Shown in pieces: positions 40,601 through 56,580 of a DNA stretch of 64,000 bases. The DNA is from Eledone cirrhosa (taxonomy: Eukaryota): contig OZ024740.1 in the NCBI GenBank assembly GCA_964016885.1, positions 14,570,001 through 14,634,000 on the forward strand, written 5' to 3'. The translations under genes and the position numbers were made by a program. The notes beneath the pieces are model-generated. The model saw nothing but the letters and a program-made list of their open reading frames with translations, was not told where the DNA came from and ran no database searches. Within the stretch, counting starts at the first letter, position 1. The number at the start of each line of letters is the position of its first letter.

Positions 40601-43600
40601 ACAACAGTAACAACAGCAGTAACAACAACAGTAAGAACAACAGTAACAACAACAGTAACAACAACAGTAACAACAACAGTAACAACAACAGTAACAACAG
40701 CAGTAACAACAACAGTAACAACAACAGTAACAACAACAGAAACAACAACAGTAACAACAACAGTAACAACAACAGGAACAACAACAGTAACAACAAGAGT
40801 AACAACAACAGTAACAACATCAGTAACAACAACAGTAACAACAACAGTAACAACAGCAGTAACAACAACAGTAACAACAACAGTAACAACAGCAGTAACA
40901 ACAGCAGTAACAACAACAGTAACAACAGCAGTAACAACAACAGTAACAACAACAGTAACAACAGTAACAACAACAGTAACAACAACAGTAACAACAACAG
41001 TAACAACAGCAGTAACAACAACAGTAACAACAACAGTAACAACAACAGTAACAACAACAGCAACAACAACAGTAACAACAACAGTAACAACAACAGTAAC
41101 AACAACAGTAACAACAGCAGTAACAACAACAGTAACAACAACTGTAACAACAACAGTAATAACAACAGTAACAACAGCAGTAACAACAACAGTAACAACA
41201 ACTGTAACAACAACAGTAACAACAACAGAAACCACAACAGTAACAACAACAGTAGCAACAACAGAAACCACAACAGTAACAACAACAGTAACAACAACAG
41301 TAACAACAACAGAAACCACAACAGTAACAACAACAGTAACAACAACAGTAACAACAACAGTAACAACAACAGTAACAACAACAGTAACAACAACAGTAAC
41401 AACAACAGAAACCACAACAGTAACAACAAAAGTAACAACAACAGTAACAACAACAGAAACCACAACAGTAACAACGACAGTAACAACAACAGTAACAACA
41501 ACAGTAACAACAACAGTAACAACAACAGTAACAACAACAGAAACCACAACAGTAACAACAAAAGTAACAACAACAGTAACAACAACAGAAACCACAACAG
41601 TAACAACAACAGTAACAACAACAGTAACAACAACAGTAACAACAACTGTAACAACAACAGTAACAACAACAGAAACCACAACAGTAACAACAACAGTAAC
41701 AACAACAGAAACCACAACAGTAACAACAACAGTAACAAAAACAATAACAACAGAAACCACAACAGTAACAACAACAGTAACAACAACAGTAACAACAACA
41801 GTAACAACAACAGTAACAACAACAGTAACAACAACAGAAACCACAACAGTAACAACAACAGTAACAACAACAGTAACAACAACAGAAACCACAACAGTAA
41901 CAACAACAGAAACCACAACAGTAACAACAACAGTAACAACAACAGTAACAACAACAGTAACAACAGCAGTAACAACAACAGTAATAACAACAGTAACAAC
42001 AGCAATAACAACAACAGTAACCACAACAGTAACAACAACAGTAACAACAACAGTAACAACAACAGTAACAACAACAGTAACAACAGCAGTAACAACAACA
42101 GTAACAACAACAGTAACAATAGCAGTAACAACAACAGTAACAACAACAGTAACAACAACAGTAACAACAACTGTAACAACAACAGTAACAACAACAGAAA
42201 CCACAACAGTAACAACAACAGTAACAACAACAGTAACAACAGCAGTAACAACAGCAGTAACAACAACAGTAACAACAACAGTAACAACAACAGTAACAAC
42301 AACAGCAACAACAACAGTAACAACAGCAGTAACAACAACAGTAACAACAGCAGTAACAACAACAGTAACAACAGCAGTGACAACAGTAGTAACAACAGCA
42401 GTAACAACAACAGTAACAACAACAGTAACAACAACAGTAACAACAGCAGTAACAACAACAGTAACAACAACAGTAACAACAACAGTAACAACAACAGTAA
42501 CAACAACTGTAACAACAACAGTAAGAACAACAGTAACCACAACAGTAACAACAACAGTAACAACAACAGTAACAACAACAGTAACAACAACAGAAACAAC
42601 AACAGTAACAACAACAGTAACAACAACAGTAACAACAACAGTAACAACAACAGTAACAACAACAGTAACAACAACAGTAACAACAACAGTAACAACAGCA
42701 GTAACAACAGTAGTAACAACAACAGTAACAACAGCAGTAACAACAACAGTAACAACAACAGTAACAACAGTAACAACAACAGTAACAACAACAGTAACAA
42801 CAACAGTAACAACAGCAGTAACAACAACAGTAACAACAACAGTAACAACAACAGTAACAACAACAGTAACAACAACAGTAACAACAACAGTAACAACAAC
42901 AGTAACAACAACAGTAACAACAACAGTAACAACAACTGTAACAACAACAGTAACAACAACAGTAACAACAACAGTAACAACAACAGTAACAACAACTGTA
43001 ACAACAACAGTAACAACAACAGAAACCACAACAGTAACAACAACAGTAGCAACAACAGAAACCACAACAGTAACAACAACAGTAACAACAACAGTAACAA
43101 CAACAGAAACCACAACAGTAACAACAACAGTAACAACAACAGTAACAACAACAGTAACAACAACAGTAACAACAACTGTAACAACAACAGTAGCAACAAC
43201 AGAAACCACAACAGTAACAACAACAGTAACAACAACAGTAACAACAACAGAAACCACAACAGTAACAACAACAGAAACCACAACAGTAACAACAACAGTA
43301 ACAACAACAGTAACAACAACAGTAACAACAGCAGTAACAACAACAGTAACAACAACAGTAACAACAGCAGTAACAACAACAGTAACCACAACAGTAACCA
43401 CAACAGTAACAACAACAGTAACAACAACAGAAACCACAACAGTAACAACAACAGTAACAACAACAGTAACAACAACAGTAACAACAACAGTAACAACAAC
43501 AGAAACCACAACAGTAACAACAAAAGTAACAACAACAGTAACAACAACAGAAACCACAACAGTAACAACAACAGTAACAACAACAGTAACAACAACAGTA

Positions 43601-46600
43601 ACAACAACAGTAACAACAACAGTAACAACAACAGTAACAACAACAGAAACCACATCAGTAACAACAAAAGAAACAACAACAGTAACAACAACAGAAACCA
43701 CAACAGTAACAACAACAGTAACAACAACAGTAACAACAACAGTCACAACAACTGTAACAACAACAGTAACAACAACAGAAACCACAACAGTAACAACAAC
43801 AGTAACAACAACAGAAACCACAACAGTAACAACAACAGTAACAAAAACAATAACAACAACAGAAACCACAACAGTAACAACAACAGTAACAACAACAGTA
43901 ACAACAACAGTAACAACAACTGTAACCACAACAGTAACAACAACAGAAACCACAACAGTAACAACAACAGTAACAACAACAGTAACAACAACAGAAACCA
44001 CAACAGTAACAACAACAGAAACCACAACAGTAACAACAACAGTAACAACAACAGTAACAACAACAGTAACAACAGCAGTAACAACAACAGTAACAACAAC
44101 AGTAACAACAGCAGTAACAACAACAGTAACCACAACAGTAACAACAACAGTAACAACAACAGTAACAACAACAGAAACCACAACAGTAACAACAACAGTA
44201 ACAACAACAGTAACAACAACAGTAACAACAACAGTAACAACAACAGAAACCACAACAGTAACAACAAAAGTAACAACAACAGTAACAACAACAGTAACAA
44301 CAACAGTAACAACAACAGTAACAACAACAGTAACAACAACTGTAACAACAACAGTAACAACAACAGAAACCACAACAGTAACAACAACAGTAACAACAAC
44401 AGTAACAACAACAGAAACCACAACAGTAACAACAACAGAAACCACAACAGTAACAACAACAGTAACAACAACAGTAACAACAACAGTAACACAGCAGTAA
44501 CAACAACAGTAACAACAACAGTAACAACAGCAGTAACAACAACAGTAACCACAACAGTAACAACAACAGTAACAACAACAGTAACAACAACAGTAACAAC
44601 AACAGTAACAACAGCAGTAACAACAACAGTAACAACAACAGTAACAATAGCAGTAACAACAACATTAACAACAACAGTAACAACAACAGTAACAACAACT
44701 GTAACAACAACAGTAACAACAACAGAAACCACAACAGTAACAACAACAGTAACAACAACAGTAACAACAACTGTAACAACAACAGTAACAACAACTGTAA
44801 CAACAACAGTAACAACAACAGAAACCACAACAGTAACAACATCAGTAACAACAACAGAAACCACAAGAGTAACAACGACAGTAACAACAACAGTAACAAC
44901 AACAGAAACCACAACAGTAACAACAACAGTAACAACAAGAGTAACAACAACTGTAACAACCACAGTAACAACAACAGTAACAACAGCAGTAACAACAGCA
45001 GTAACAACAACAGTAACAACAACAGTAACAACAACAGTAACAACAACAGAAACAACAACAGAAACAACAACAGTAACAACAGCAATAACAACAACAGTAA
45101 CAACAACTGTAACAACAACAGTAACAACAACAGTAACAACAGCAGTGACAACAGTAGTAACAACAGCAGTAACAACAACAGTAACAACAACAGTAACAAC
45201 AACAGTAACAACAGCAGTAACAACAACAGTAACAACAACAGTAACAACAACAGTAACAACAACAGTAACAACAACTGTAACAACAACAGTAAGAACAACA
45301 GTAACCACAACAGTAACAACAACAGTAACAACAACAGTAACAACAACAGTAACAACAACAGAAACAACAACAGTAACAACAACAGTAACAACAACAGTAA
45401 CAACAACAGTAACAACAACAGTAACAACAACAGTAACAACAACAGTAACAACAACAGTAACAACAGCAGTAACAACAGCAGTAACAACAACAGTAACAAC
45501 AGCAGTAACAACAACAGTAACAACAACAGTAACAACAGTAACAACAACAGTAACAACAACAGTAACAACAGCAGTAACAACAACAGTAACAACAACAGTA
45601 ACAACAACAGTAACAACAACAGTAACAACAACAGCAACAACAACAGTAACAACAACAGTAACAACAACAGTAACAACAACAGTAACAACAGCAGTAACAA
45701 CAACAGTAACAACAACTGTAACAACAACAGTAACAACAACAGTAACAACAACAGTAACAACCACAGTAACAACAACTGTAACAACAACAGTAGCAACAAC
45801 AGAAACCACAACAGTAACAACAACAGTAACAACAACAGTAACAACAACAGAAACCACAACAGTAACAACAACAGTAACAACAACAGTAACAACAACAGTA
45901 ACAACAACAGTAACAACAACAGTAACAACAACAGTAACAACAACTGTAACAACAACAGTAACAACAACAGAAACCACAACAGTAACAACAACAGTAACAA
46001 CAACAGTAACAACAACTGTAACAACAACAGTAACAACAACTGTAACAACAACAGTAACAACAACAGAAACCACAACAGTAACAACATCAGTAACAACAAC
46101 AGAAACCACAAGAGTAACAACGACAGTAACAACAACAGTAACAACAACAGAAACCACAACAGTAACAACAACAGTAACAACAAGAGTAACAACAACTGTA
46201 ACAACAACAGTAACAACAACAGTAACAACAGCAGTAACAACAGCAGTAACAACAACAGTAACAACAACAGTAACAACAACAGTAACAACAACAGAAACAA
46301 CAACAGAAACAACAACAGTAACAACAACAATAACAACAACAGTAACAACAACTGTAACAACAACAGTAACAACAACAGTAACAACAGCAGTGACAACAGT
46401 AGTAACAAAAGCAGTAACAACAACAGTAACAACAACAGTAACAACAACAGTAACAACAGCAGTAACAACAACAGTAACAACAACAGTAACAACAACAGTA
46501 ACAACAACAGTAACAACAACTGTAACAACAACAGTAAGAACAACAGTAACCACAACAGTAACAACAACAGTAACAACAACAGTAACAACAACAGTAACAA

Positions 46601-49600
46601 CAACAGAAACAACAACAGTAACAACAACAGTAACAACAACAGTAACAACAACAGTAACAACAACAGTAACAACAACAGTAACAACAACAGTAACAACAAC
46701 AGTAACAACAGCAGTAACAACAGTAGTAACAACAACAGTAACAACAGCAGTATCAACAACAGTAACAACAACAGTAACAACAGTAACAACAACAGTAACA
46801 ACAACAGTAACAACAACAGTAACAACAGCAGTAACAACAACAGTAACAACAACAGTAACAACAACAGTAACAACAACAGTAACAACAACAGCAACAACAA
46901 CAGTAACAACAACAGTAACAACAACAGTAACAACAACAGTAACAACAGCAGTAACAACAACAGTAACAACAACTGCAACAACAACAGTAACAACAACAGT
47001 AACAACAACAGTAACAACAACAGTAACAACAACTGTAACAACAACAGTAACAACAACAGAAACCACAACAGTAACAACAACAGTAGCAACAACAGAAACC
47101 ACAACAGTAACAACAACAGTAACAACAACAGTAACAACAACAGAAACCACAACAGTAACAACAACAGTAACAACAACAGTAACAACAACAGTAACAACAA
47201 CTGTAACAACAACAGTAACAACAACAGTAACAACAACAGTAACAACAACAGTAACAACAACTGTAACAACAACAGTAACAACAACAGAAACCACAACAGT
47301 AACAACAACAGTAGCAACAACAGAAACCACAACAGTAACAACAACAGTAACAACAACAGTAACAACAACAGAAACCACAACAGTAACAACAACAGTAACA
47401 ACAACAGTAACAACAACAGTAACAACAACAGTAACAACAACAGTAACAACAACTGTAACAACAACAGTAACAACAACAGAAACCACAACAGTAACAACAA
47501 CAGTAACAATAAACAGTAACAACATCAGTAACAACAACAGTAACAACAACAGTAACAACAGCAGTAACAACAACAGTAACAACAACAGTAACAACAGCAG
47601 TAACAACAGCAGTAACAACAACAGTAACAACAGCAGTAACAACAACAGTAACAACAACAGTAACAACAGTAACAACAACAGTAACAACAACAGTAACAAC
47701 AACAGTAACAACAGCAGTAACAACAACAGTAACAACAACAGTAACAACAACAGTAACAACAACAGTAACAACAGTAACAACAACAGCAACAACAACAGTA
47801 ACAACAACAGTAACACCAACAGTAACAACAACAGTAACAACAGCAGTAACAACAACAGTAACAACAACTGTAACAACAACAGTAACAACAACAGTAACAA
47901 CAGCAGTAACAACAACAGTAACAACAACTGTAACAACAACAGTAACAACAACAGAAACCACAACAGTAACAACAACAGTAGCAACAACAGAAACAACAAC
48001 AGTAACAACAACAGTAACAACAACAGTAAGAACAACAGTAACAAAAACAGAAACCACAACAGTAACAACAAAAGTAACAACAACAGTAACAACAACAGAA
48101 ACCACAACAGTAACAACGACAGTAACAACAACAGTAACAACAACAGTAACAACAACAGTAACAACAACAGTAACAACAACAGAAACCACAACAGTAACAA
48201 CAAAAGTAACAACAACAGTAACAACAACAGAAACCACAACAGTAACAACAACAGTAACAACAACAGTAACAACAAGAGTAACAACAACTGTAACAACAAC
48301 AGTAACAACAACAGTAACAACAGCAGTAACAACAGCAGTAACAACAACAGTAACAACAACAGTAACAACAACAGTAACAACAACAGAAACAACAACAGAA
48401 ACAACAACAGTAACAACAACAATAACAACAACAGTAACAACAACTGTAACAACAACAGTAACAACAACAGTAACAACAGCAGTGACAACAGTAGTAACAA
48501 CAGCAGTAACAACAACAGTAACAACAACAGTAACAACAACAGTAACAACAGCAGTAACAACAACAGTAACAACAACAGTAACAACAACAGTAACAACAAC
48601 AGTAACAACAACTGTAACAACAACAGTAAGAACAACAGTAACCACAACAGTAACAACAACAGTAACAACAACAGTAACAACAACAGTAACAACAACAGAA
48701 ACAACAACAGTAACAACAACAGTAACAACAACAGTAACAACAACAGTAACAACAACAGTAACAACAACAGTAACAACAACAGTAACAACAACAGTAACAA
48801 CAACAGTAACAACAGCAGTAAGAACAGCAGTAACAACAACAGTAACAACAGCAGTAACAACAACAGTAACAACAACAGTAACAACAGTAACAACAACAGT
48901 AACAACAACAGTAACAACAACAGTAACAACAGCAGTAACAACAACAGTAACAACAACAGTAACAACAACAGTAACAACAACAGTAACAACAACAGCAACA
49001 ACAACAGTAACAACAACAGTAACAACAACAGTAACAACAGCAGTAACAACAACAGCAACAACAACTGTAACAACAACAGTAACAACAACAGTAACAACAA
49101 CAGTAACAACAACAGTAACAACAACAGTAACAACAGCAGTAACAACAACAGTAACAACAACAGTAACAACAACAGTAATGACAACAGTAACAACAACTGT
49201 AACAACAACAGTAAGAACAACAGTAACCACAACAGTAACAACAACAGTAACAACAACAGTAACAACAACAGAAACAACAACAGTAACAACAACAGTAACA
49301 ACAACAGTAACAACAACAGTAACAACAACCGTAACAACAACAGTAAGAACAACAGTAAGAACAACAGTAACAACAACAGTAACAACAACAGTAACAACAA
49401 CAGTAACAACAGCAGTAACAACGGCAGAAACAACAGCATTAACAACAACAGTAACAACAACAGTAACAACAACAGTAACAACAACAGTAACAACAACAGT
49501 AACAACAACAGTAACAACAGCAGTAACAACAACAGTAAGAACAACAGTAACAACAACAGTAACAACAACAGTAACAACAACAGTAACAACAACAGTAACA

Positions 49601-52600
49601 ACAGCAGTAACAACAACAGTAACAACAACAGTAACAACAACAGAAACAACAACAGTAACAACAACAGTAACAACAACAGGAACAACAACAGTAACAACAA
49701 GAGTAACAACAACAGTAACAACATCAGTAACAACAACAGTAACAACAACAGTAACAACAGCAGTAACAACAACAGTAACAACAACAGTAACAACAGCAGT
49801 AACAACAGCAGTAACAACAACAGTAACAACAGCAGTAACAACAACAGTAACAACAACAGTAACAACAGTAACAACAACAGTAACAACAACAGTAACAACA
49901 ACAGTAACAACAGCAGTAACAACAACAGTAACAACAACAGTAACAACAACAGTAACAACAACAGCAACAACAACAGTAACAACAACAGTAACAACAACAG
50001 TAACAACAACAGTAACAACAGCAGTAACAACAACAGTAACAACAACTGTAACAACAACAGTAATAACAACAGTAACAACAGCAGTAACAACAACAGTAAC
50101 AACAACTGTAACAACAACAGTAACAACAACAGAAACCACAACAGTAACAACAACAGTAGCAACAACAGAAACCACAACAGTAACAACAACAGTAACAACA
50201 ACAGTAACAACAACAGAAACCACAACAGTAACAACAACAGTAACAACAACAGTAACAACAACAGTAACAACAACAGTAACAACAACAGTAACAACAACAG
50301 TAACAACAACAGAAACCACAACAGTAACAACAAAAGTAACAACAACAGTAACAACAACAGAAACCACAACAGTAACAACGACAGTAACAACAACAGTAAC
50401 AACAACAGTAACAACAACAGTAACAACAACAGTAACAACAACAGAAACCACAACAGTAACAACAAAAGTAACAACAACAGTAACAACAACAGAAACCACA
50501 ACAGTAACAACAACAGTAACAACAACAGTAACAACAACAGTAACAACAACTGTAACAACAACAGTAACAACAACAGAAACCACAACAGTAACAACAACAG
50601 TAACAACAACAGAAACCACAACAGTAACAACAACAGTAACAAAAACAATAACAACAGAAACCACAACAGTAACAACAACAGTAACAACAACAGTAACAAC
50701 AACAGTAACAACAACAGTAACAACAACTGTAACAACAACAGTAACAACAACAGAAACCACAACAGTAACAACAACAGTAACAACAACAGTAACAACAACA
50801 GAAACCACAACAGTAACAACAACAGAAACCACAACAGTAACAACAACAGTAACAACAACAGTAACAACAACAGTAACAACAGCAGTAACAACAACAGTAA
50901 TAACAACAGTAACAACAGCAATAACAACAACAGTAACCACAACAGTAACAACAACAGTAACAACAACAGTAACAACAACAGTAACAACAACAGTAACAAC
51001 AGCAGTAACAACAACAGTAACAACAACAGTAACAATAGCAGTAACAACAACAGTAACAACAACAGTAACAACAACAGTAACAACAACTGTAACAACAACA
51101 GTAACAACAACAGAAACCACAACAGTAACAACAACAGTAACAACAACAGTAACAACAGCAGTAACAACAGCAGTAACAACAACAGTAACAACAACAGTAA
51201 CAACAACAGTAACAACAACAGCAACAACAACAGTAACAACAGCAGTAACAACAACAGTAACAACAGCAGTAACAACAACAGTAACAACAGCAGTGACAAC
51301 AGTAGTAACAACAGCAGTAACAACAACAGTAACAACAACAGTAACAACAACAGTAACAACAGCAGTAACAACAACAGTAACAACAACAGTAACAACAACA
51401 GTAACAACAACAGTAACAACAACTGTAACAACAACAGTAAGAACAACAGTAACCACAACAGTAACAACAACAGTAACAACAACAGTAACAACAACAGTAA
51501 CAACAACAGAAACAACAACAGTAACAACAACAGTAACAACAACAGTAACAACAACAGTAACAACAACAGTAACAACAACAGTAACAACAACAGTAACAAC
51601 AACAGTAACAACAGCAGTAACAACAGTAGTAACAACAACAGTAACAACAGCAGTAACAACAACAGTAACAACAACAGTAACAACAGTAACAACAACAGTA
51701 ACAACAACAGTAACAACAACAGTAACAACAGCAGTAACAACAACAGTAACAACAACAGTAACAACAACAGTAACAACAACAGTAACAACAACAGTAACAA
51801 CAACAGTAACAACAACAGTAACAACAACAGTAACAACAACAGTAACAACAACTGTAACAACAACAGTAACAACAACAGTAACAACAACAGTAACAACAAC
51901 AGTAACAACAACTGTAACAACAACAGTAACAACAACAGAAACCACAACAGTAACAACAACAGTAGCAACAACAGAAACCACAACAGTAACAACAACAGTA
52001 ACAACAACAGTAACAACAACAGAAACCACAACAGTAACAACAACAGTAACAACAACAGTAACAACAACAGTAACAACAACAGTAACAACAACTGTAACAA
52101 CAACAGTAGCAACAACAGAAACCACAACAGTAACAACAACAGTAACAACAACAGTAACAACAACAGAAACCACAACAGTAACAACAACAGAAACCACAAC
52201 AGTAACAACAACAGTAACAACAACAGTAACAACAACAGTAACAACAGCAGTAACAACAACAGTAACAACAACAGTAACAACAGCAGTAACAACAACAGTA
52301 ACCACAACAGTAACCACAACAGTAACAACAACAGTAACAACAACAGAAACCACAACAGTAACAACAACAGTAACAACAACAGTAACAACAACAGTAACAA
52401 CAACAGTAACAACAACAGAAACCACAACAGTAACAACAAAAGTAACAACAACAGTAACAACAACAGAAACCACAACAGTAACAACAACAGTAACAACAAC
52501 AGTAACAACAACAGTAACAACAACAGTAACAACAACAGTAACAACAACAGTAACAACAACAGAAACCACATCAGTAACAACAAAAGAAACAACAACAGTA

Positions 52601-55600
52601 ACAACAACAGAAACCACAACAGTAACAACAACAGTAACAACAACAGTAACAACAACAGTCACAACAACTGTAACAACAACAGTAACAACAACAGAAACCA
52701 CAACAGTAACAACAACAGTAACAACAACAGAAACCACAACAGTAACAACAACAGTAACAAAAACAATAACAACAACAGAAACCACAACAGTAACAACAAC
52801 AGTAACAACAACAGTAACAACAACAGTAACAACAACAGTAACAACAACTGTAACCACAACAGTAACAACAACAGAAACCACAACAGTAACAACAACAGTA
52901 ACAACAACAGTAACAACAACAGAAACCACAACAGTAACAACAACAGAAACCACAACAGTAACAACAACAGTAACAACAACAGTAACAACAACAGTAACAA
53001 CAGCAGTAACAACAACAGTAACAACAACAGTAACAACAGCAGTAACAACAACAGTAACCACAACAGTAACAACAACAGTAACAACAACAGTAACAACAAC
53101 AGAAACCACAACAGTAACAACAACAGTAACAACAACAGTAACAACAACAGTAACAACAACAGTAACAACAACAGAAACCACAACAGTAACAACAAAAGTA
53201 ACAACAACAGTAACAACAACAGTAACAACAACAGTAACAACAACAGTAACAACAACAGTAACAACAACTGTAACAACAACAGTAACAACAACAGAAACCA
53301 CAACAGTAACAACAACAGTAACAACAACAGTAATAACAACAGAAACCACAACAGTAACAACAACAGAAACCACAACAGTAACAACAACAGTAACAACAAC
53401 AGTAACAACAACAGTAACAACAGCAGTAACAACAACAGTAACAACAACAGTAACAACAGCAGTAACAACAACAGTAACCACAACAGTAACAACAACAGTA
53501 ACAACAACAGTAACAACAACAGTAACAACAACAGTAACAACAGCAGTAACAACAACAGTAACAACAACAGTAACAATAGCAGTAACAACAACATTAACAA
53601 CAACAGTAACAACAACAGTAACAACAACTGTAACAACAACAGTAACAACAACAGAAACCACAACAGTAACAACAACAGTAACAACAACAGTAACAACAAC
53701 TGTAACAACAACAGTAACAACAACTGTAACAACAACAGTAACAACAACAGAAACCACAACAGTAACAACATCAGTAACAACAACAGAAACCACAAGAGTA
53801 ACAACGACAGTAACAACAACAGTAACAACAACAGAAACCACAACAGTAACAACAACAGTAACAACAAGAGTAACAACAACTGTAACAACAACAGTAACAA
53901 CAACAGTAACAACAGCAGTAACAACAGCAGTAACAACAACAGTAACAACAACAGTAACAACAACAGTAACAACAACAGAAACAACAACAGAAACAACAAC
54001 AGTAACAACAGCAATAACAACAACAGTAACAACAACTGTAACAACAACAGTAACAACAACAGTAACAACAGCAGTGACAACAGTAGTAACAACAGCAGTA
54101 ACAACAACAGTAACAACAACAGTAACAACAACAGTAACAACAGCAGTAACAACAACAGTAACAACAACAGTAACAACAACAGTAACAACAACAGTAACAA
54201 CAACTGTAACAACAACAGTAAGAACAACAGTAACCACAACAGTAACAACAACAGTAACAACAACAGTAACAACAACAGTAACAACAACAGAAACAACAAC
54301 AGTAACAACAACAGTAACAACAACAGTAACAACAACAGTAACAACAACAGTAACAACAACAGTAACAACAACAGTAACAACAACAGTAACAACAGCAGTA
54401 ACAACAGCAGTAACAACAACAGTAACAACAGCAGTAACAACAACAGTAACAACAACAGTAACAACAGTAACAACAACAGTAACAACAACAGTAACAACAG
54501 CAGTAACAACAACAGTAACAACAACAGTAACAACAACAGTAACAACAACAGTAACAACAACAGCAACAACAACAGTAACAACAACAGTAACAACAACAGT
54601 AACAACAACAGTAACAACAGCAGTAACAACAACAGTAACAACAACTGTAACAACAACAGTAACAACAACAGTAACAACAACAGTAACAACCACAGTAACA
54701 ACAACTGTAACAACAACAGTAGCAACAACAGAAACCACAACAGTAACAACAACAGTAACAACAACAGTAACAACAACAGAAACCACAACAGTAACAACAA
54801 CAGTAACAACAACAGTAACAACAACAGTAACAACAACAGTAACAACAACAGTAACAACAACAGTAACAACAACTGTAACAACAACAGTAACAACAACAGA
54901 AACCACAACAGTAACAACAACAGTAACAACAACAGTAACAACAACTGTAACAACAACAGTAACAACAACTGTAACAACAACAGTAACAACAACAGAAACC
55001 ACAACAGTAACAACATCAGTAACAACAACAGAAACCACAAGAGTAACAACGACAGTAACAACAACAGTAACAACAACAGAAACCACAACAGTAACAACAA
55101 CAGTAACAACAAGAGTAACAACAACTGTAACAACAACAGTAACAACAACAGTAACAACAGCAGTAACAACAGCAGTAACAACAACAGTAACAACAACAGT
55201 AACAACAACAGTAACAACAACAGAAACAACAACAGAAACAACAACAGTAACAACAACAATAACAACAACAGTAACAACAACTGTAACAACAACAGTAACA
55301 ACAACAGTAACAACAGCAGTGACAACAGTAGTAACAAAAGCAGTAACAACAACAGTAACAACAACAGTAACAACAACAGTAACAACAGCAGTAACAACAA
55401 CAGTAACAACAACAGTAACAACAACAGTAACAACAACAGTAACAACAACTGTAACAACAACAGTAAGAACAACAGTAACCACAACAGTAACAACAACAGT
55501 AACAACAACAGTAACAACAACAGTAACAACAACAGAAACAACAACAGTAACAACAACAGTAACAACAACAGTAACAACAACAGTAACAACAACAGTAACA

Positions 55601-56580
55601 ACAACAGTAACAACAACAGTAACAACAACAGTAACAACAGCAGTAACAACAGTAGTAACAACAACAGTAACAACAGCAGTATCAACAACAGTAACAACAA
55701 CAGTAACAACAGTAACAACAACAGTAACAACAACAGTAACAACAACAGTAACAACAGCAGTAACAACAACAGTAACAACAACAGTAACAACAACAGTAAC
55801 AACAACAGTAACAACAACAGCAACAACAACAGTAACAACAACAGTAACAACAACAGTAACAACAACAGTAACAACAGCAGTAACAACAACAGTAACAACA
55901 ACTGCAACAACAACAGTAACAACAACAGTAACAACAACAGTAACAACAACAGTAACAACAACTGTAACAACAACAGTAACAACAACAGAAACCACAACAG
56001 TAACAACAACAGTAGCAACAACAGAAACCACAACAGTAACAACAACAGTAACAACAACAGTAACAACAACAGAAACCACAACAGTAACAACAACAGTAAC
56101 AACAACAGTAACAACAACAGTAACAACAACTGTAACAACAACAGTAACAACAACAGTAACAACAACAGTAACAACAACAGTAACAACAACTGTAACAACA
56201 ACAGTAACAACAACAGAAACCACAACAGTAACAACAACAGTAGCAACAACAGAAACCACAACAGTAACAACAACAGTAACAACAACAGTAACAACAACAG
56301 AAACCACAACAGTAACAACAACAGTAACAACAACAGTAACAACAACAGTAACAACAACAGTAACAACAACAGTAACAACAACTGTAACAACAACAGTAAC
56401 AACAACAGAAACCACAACAGTAACAACAACAGTAACAATAACAGTAACAACAACTGTAACAACAACAGTAACAACAACTGTAACAACAACAGTAACAACA
56501 ACAGAAACCACAACAGTAACAACATCAGTAACAACAACAGAAACCACAAGAGTAACAACGACAGTAACAACAACAGTAAC
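13602..56580 (+). repeat. Giant 12-bp satellite (ACAACAACAGTA)n, forward domain, with higher-order duplications
   Basis: ~43 kb of uninterrupted 12-mer. Recurrent variants (ACAACAGCAGTA, ACAGAAACCACA, ACAACTGTA, GTAAGA, 9-bp units) occur in recurring orders. Confidence 0.98.
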
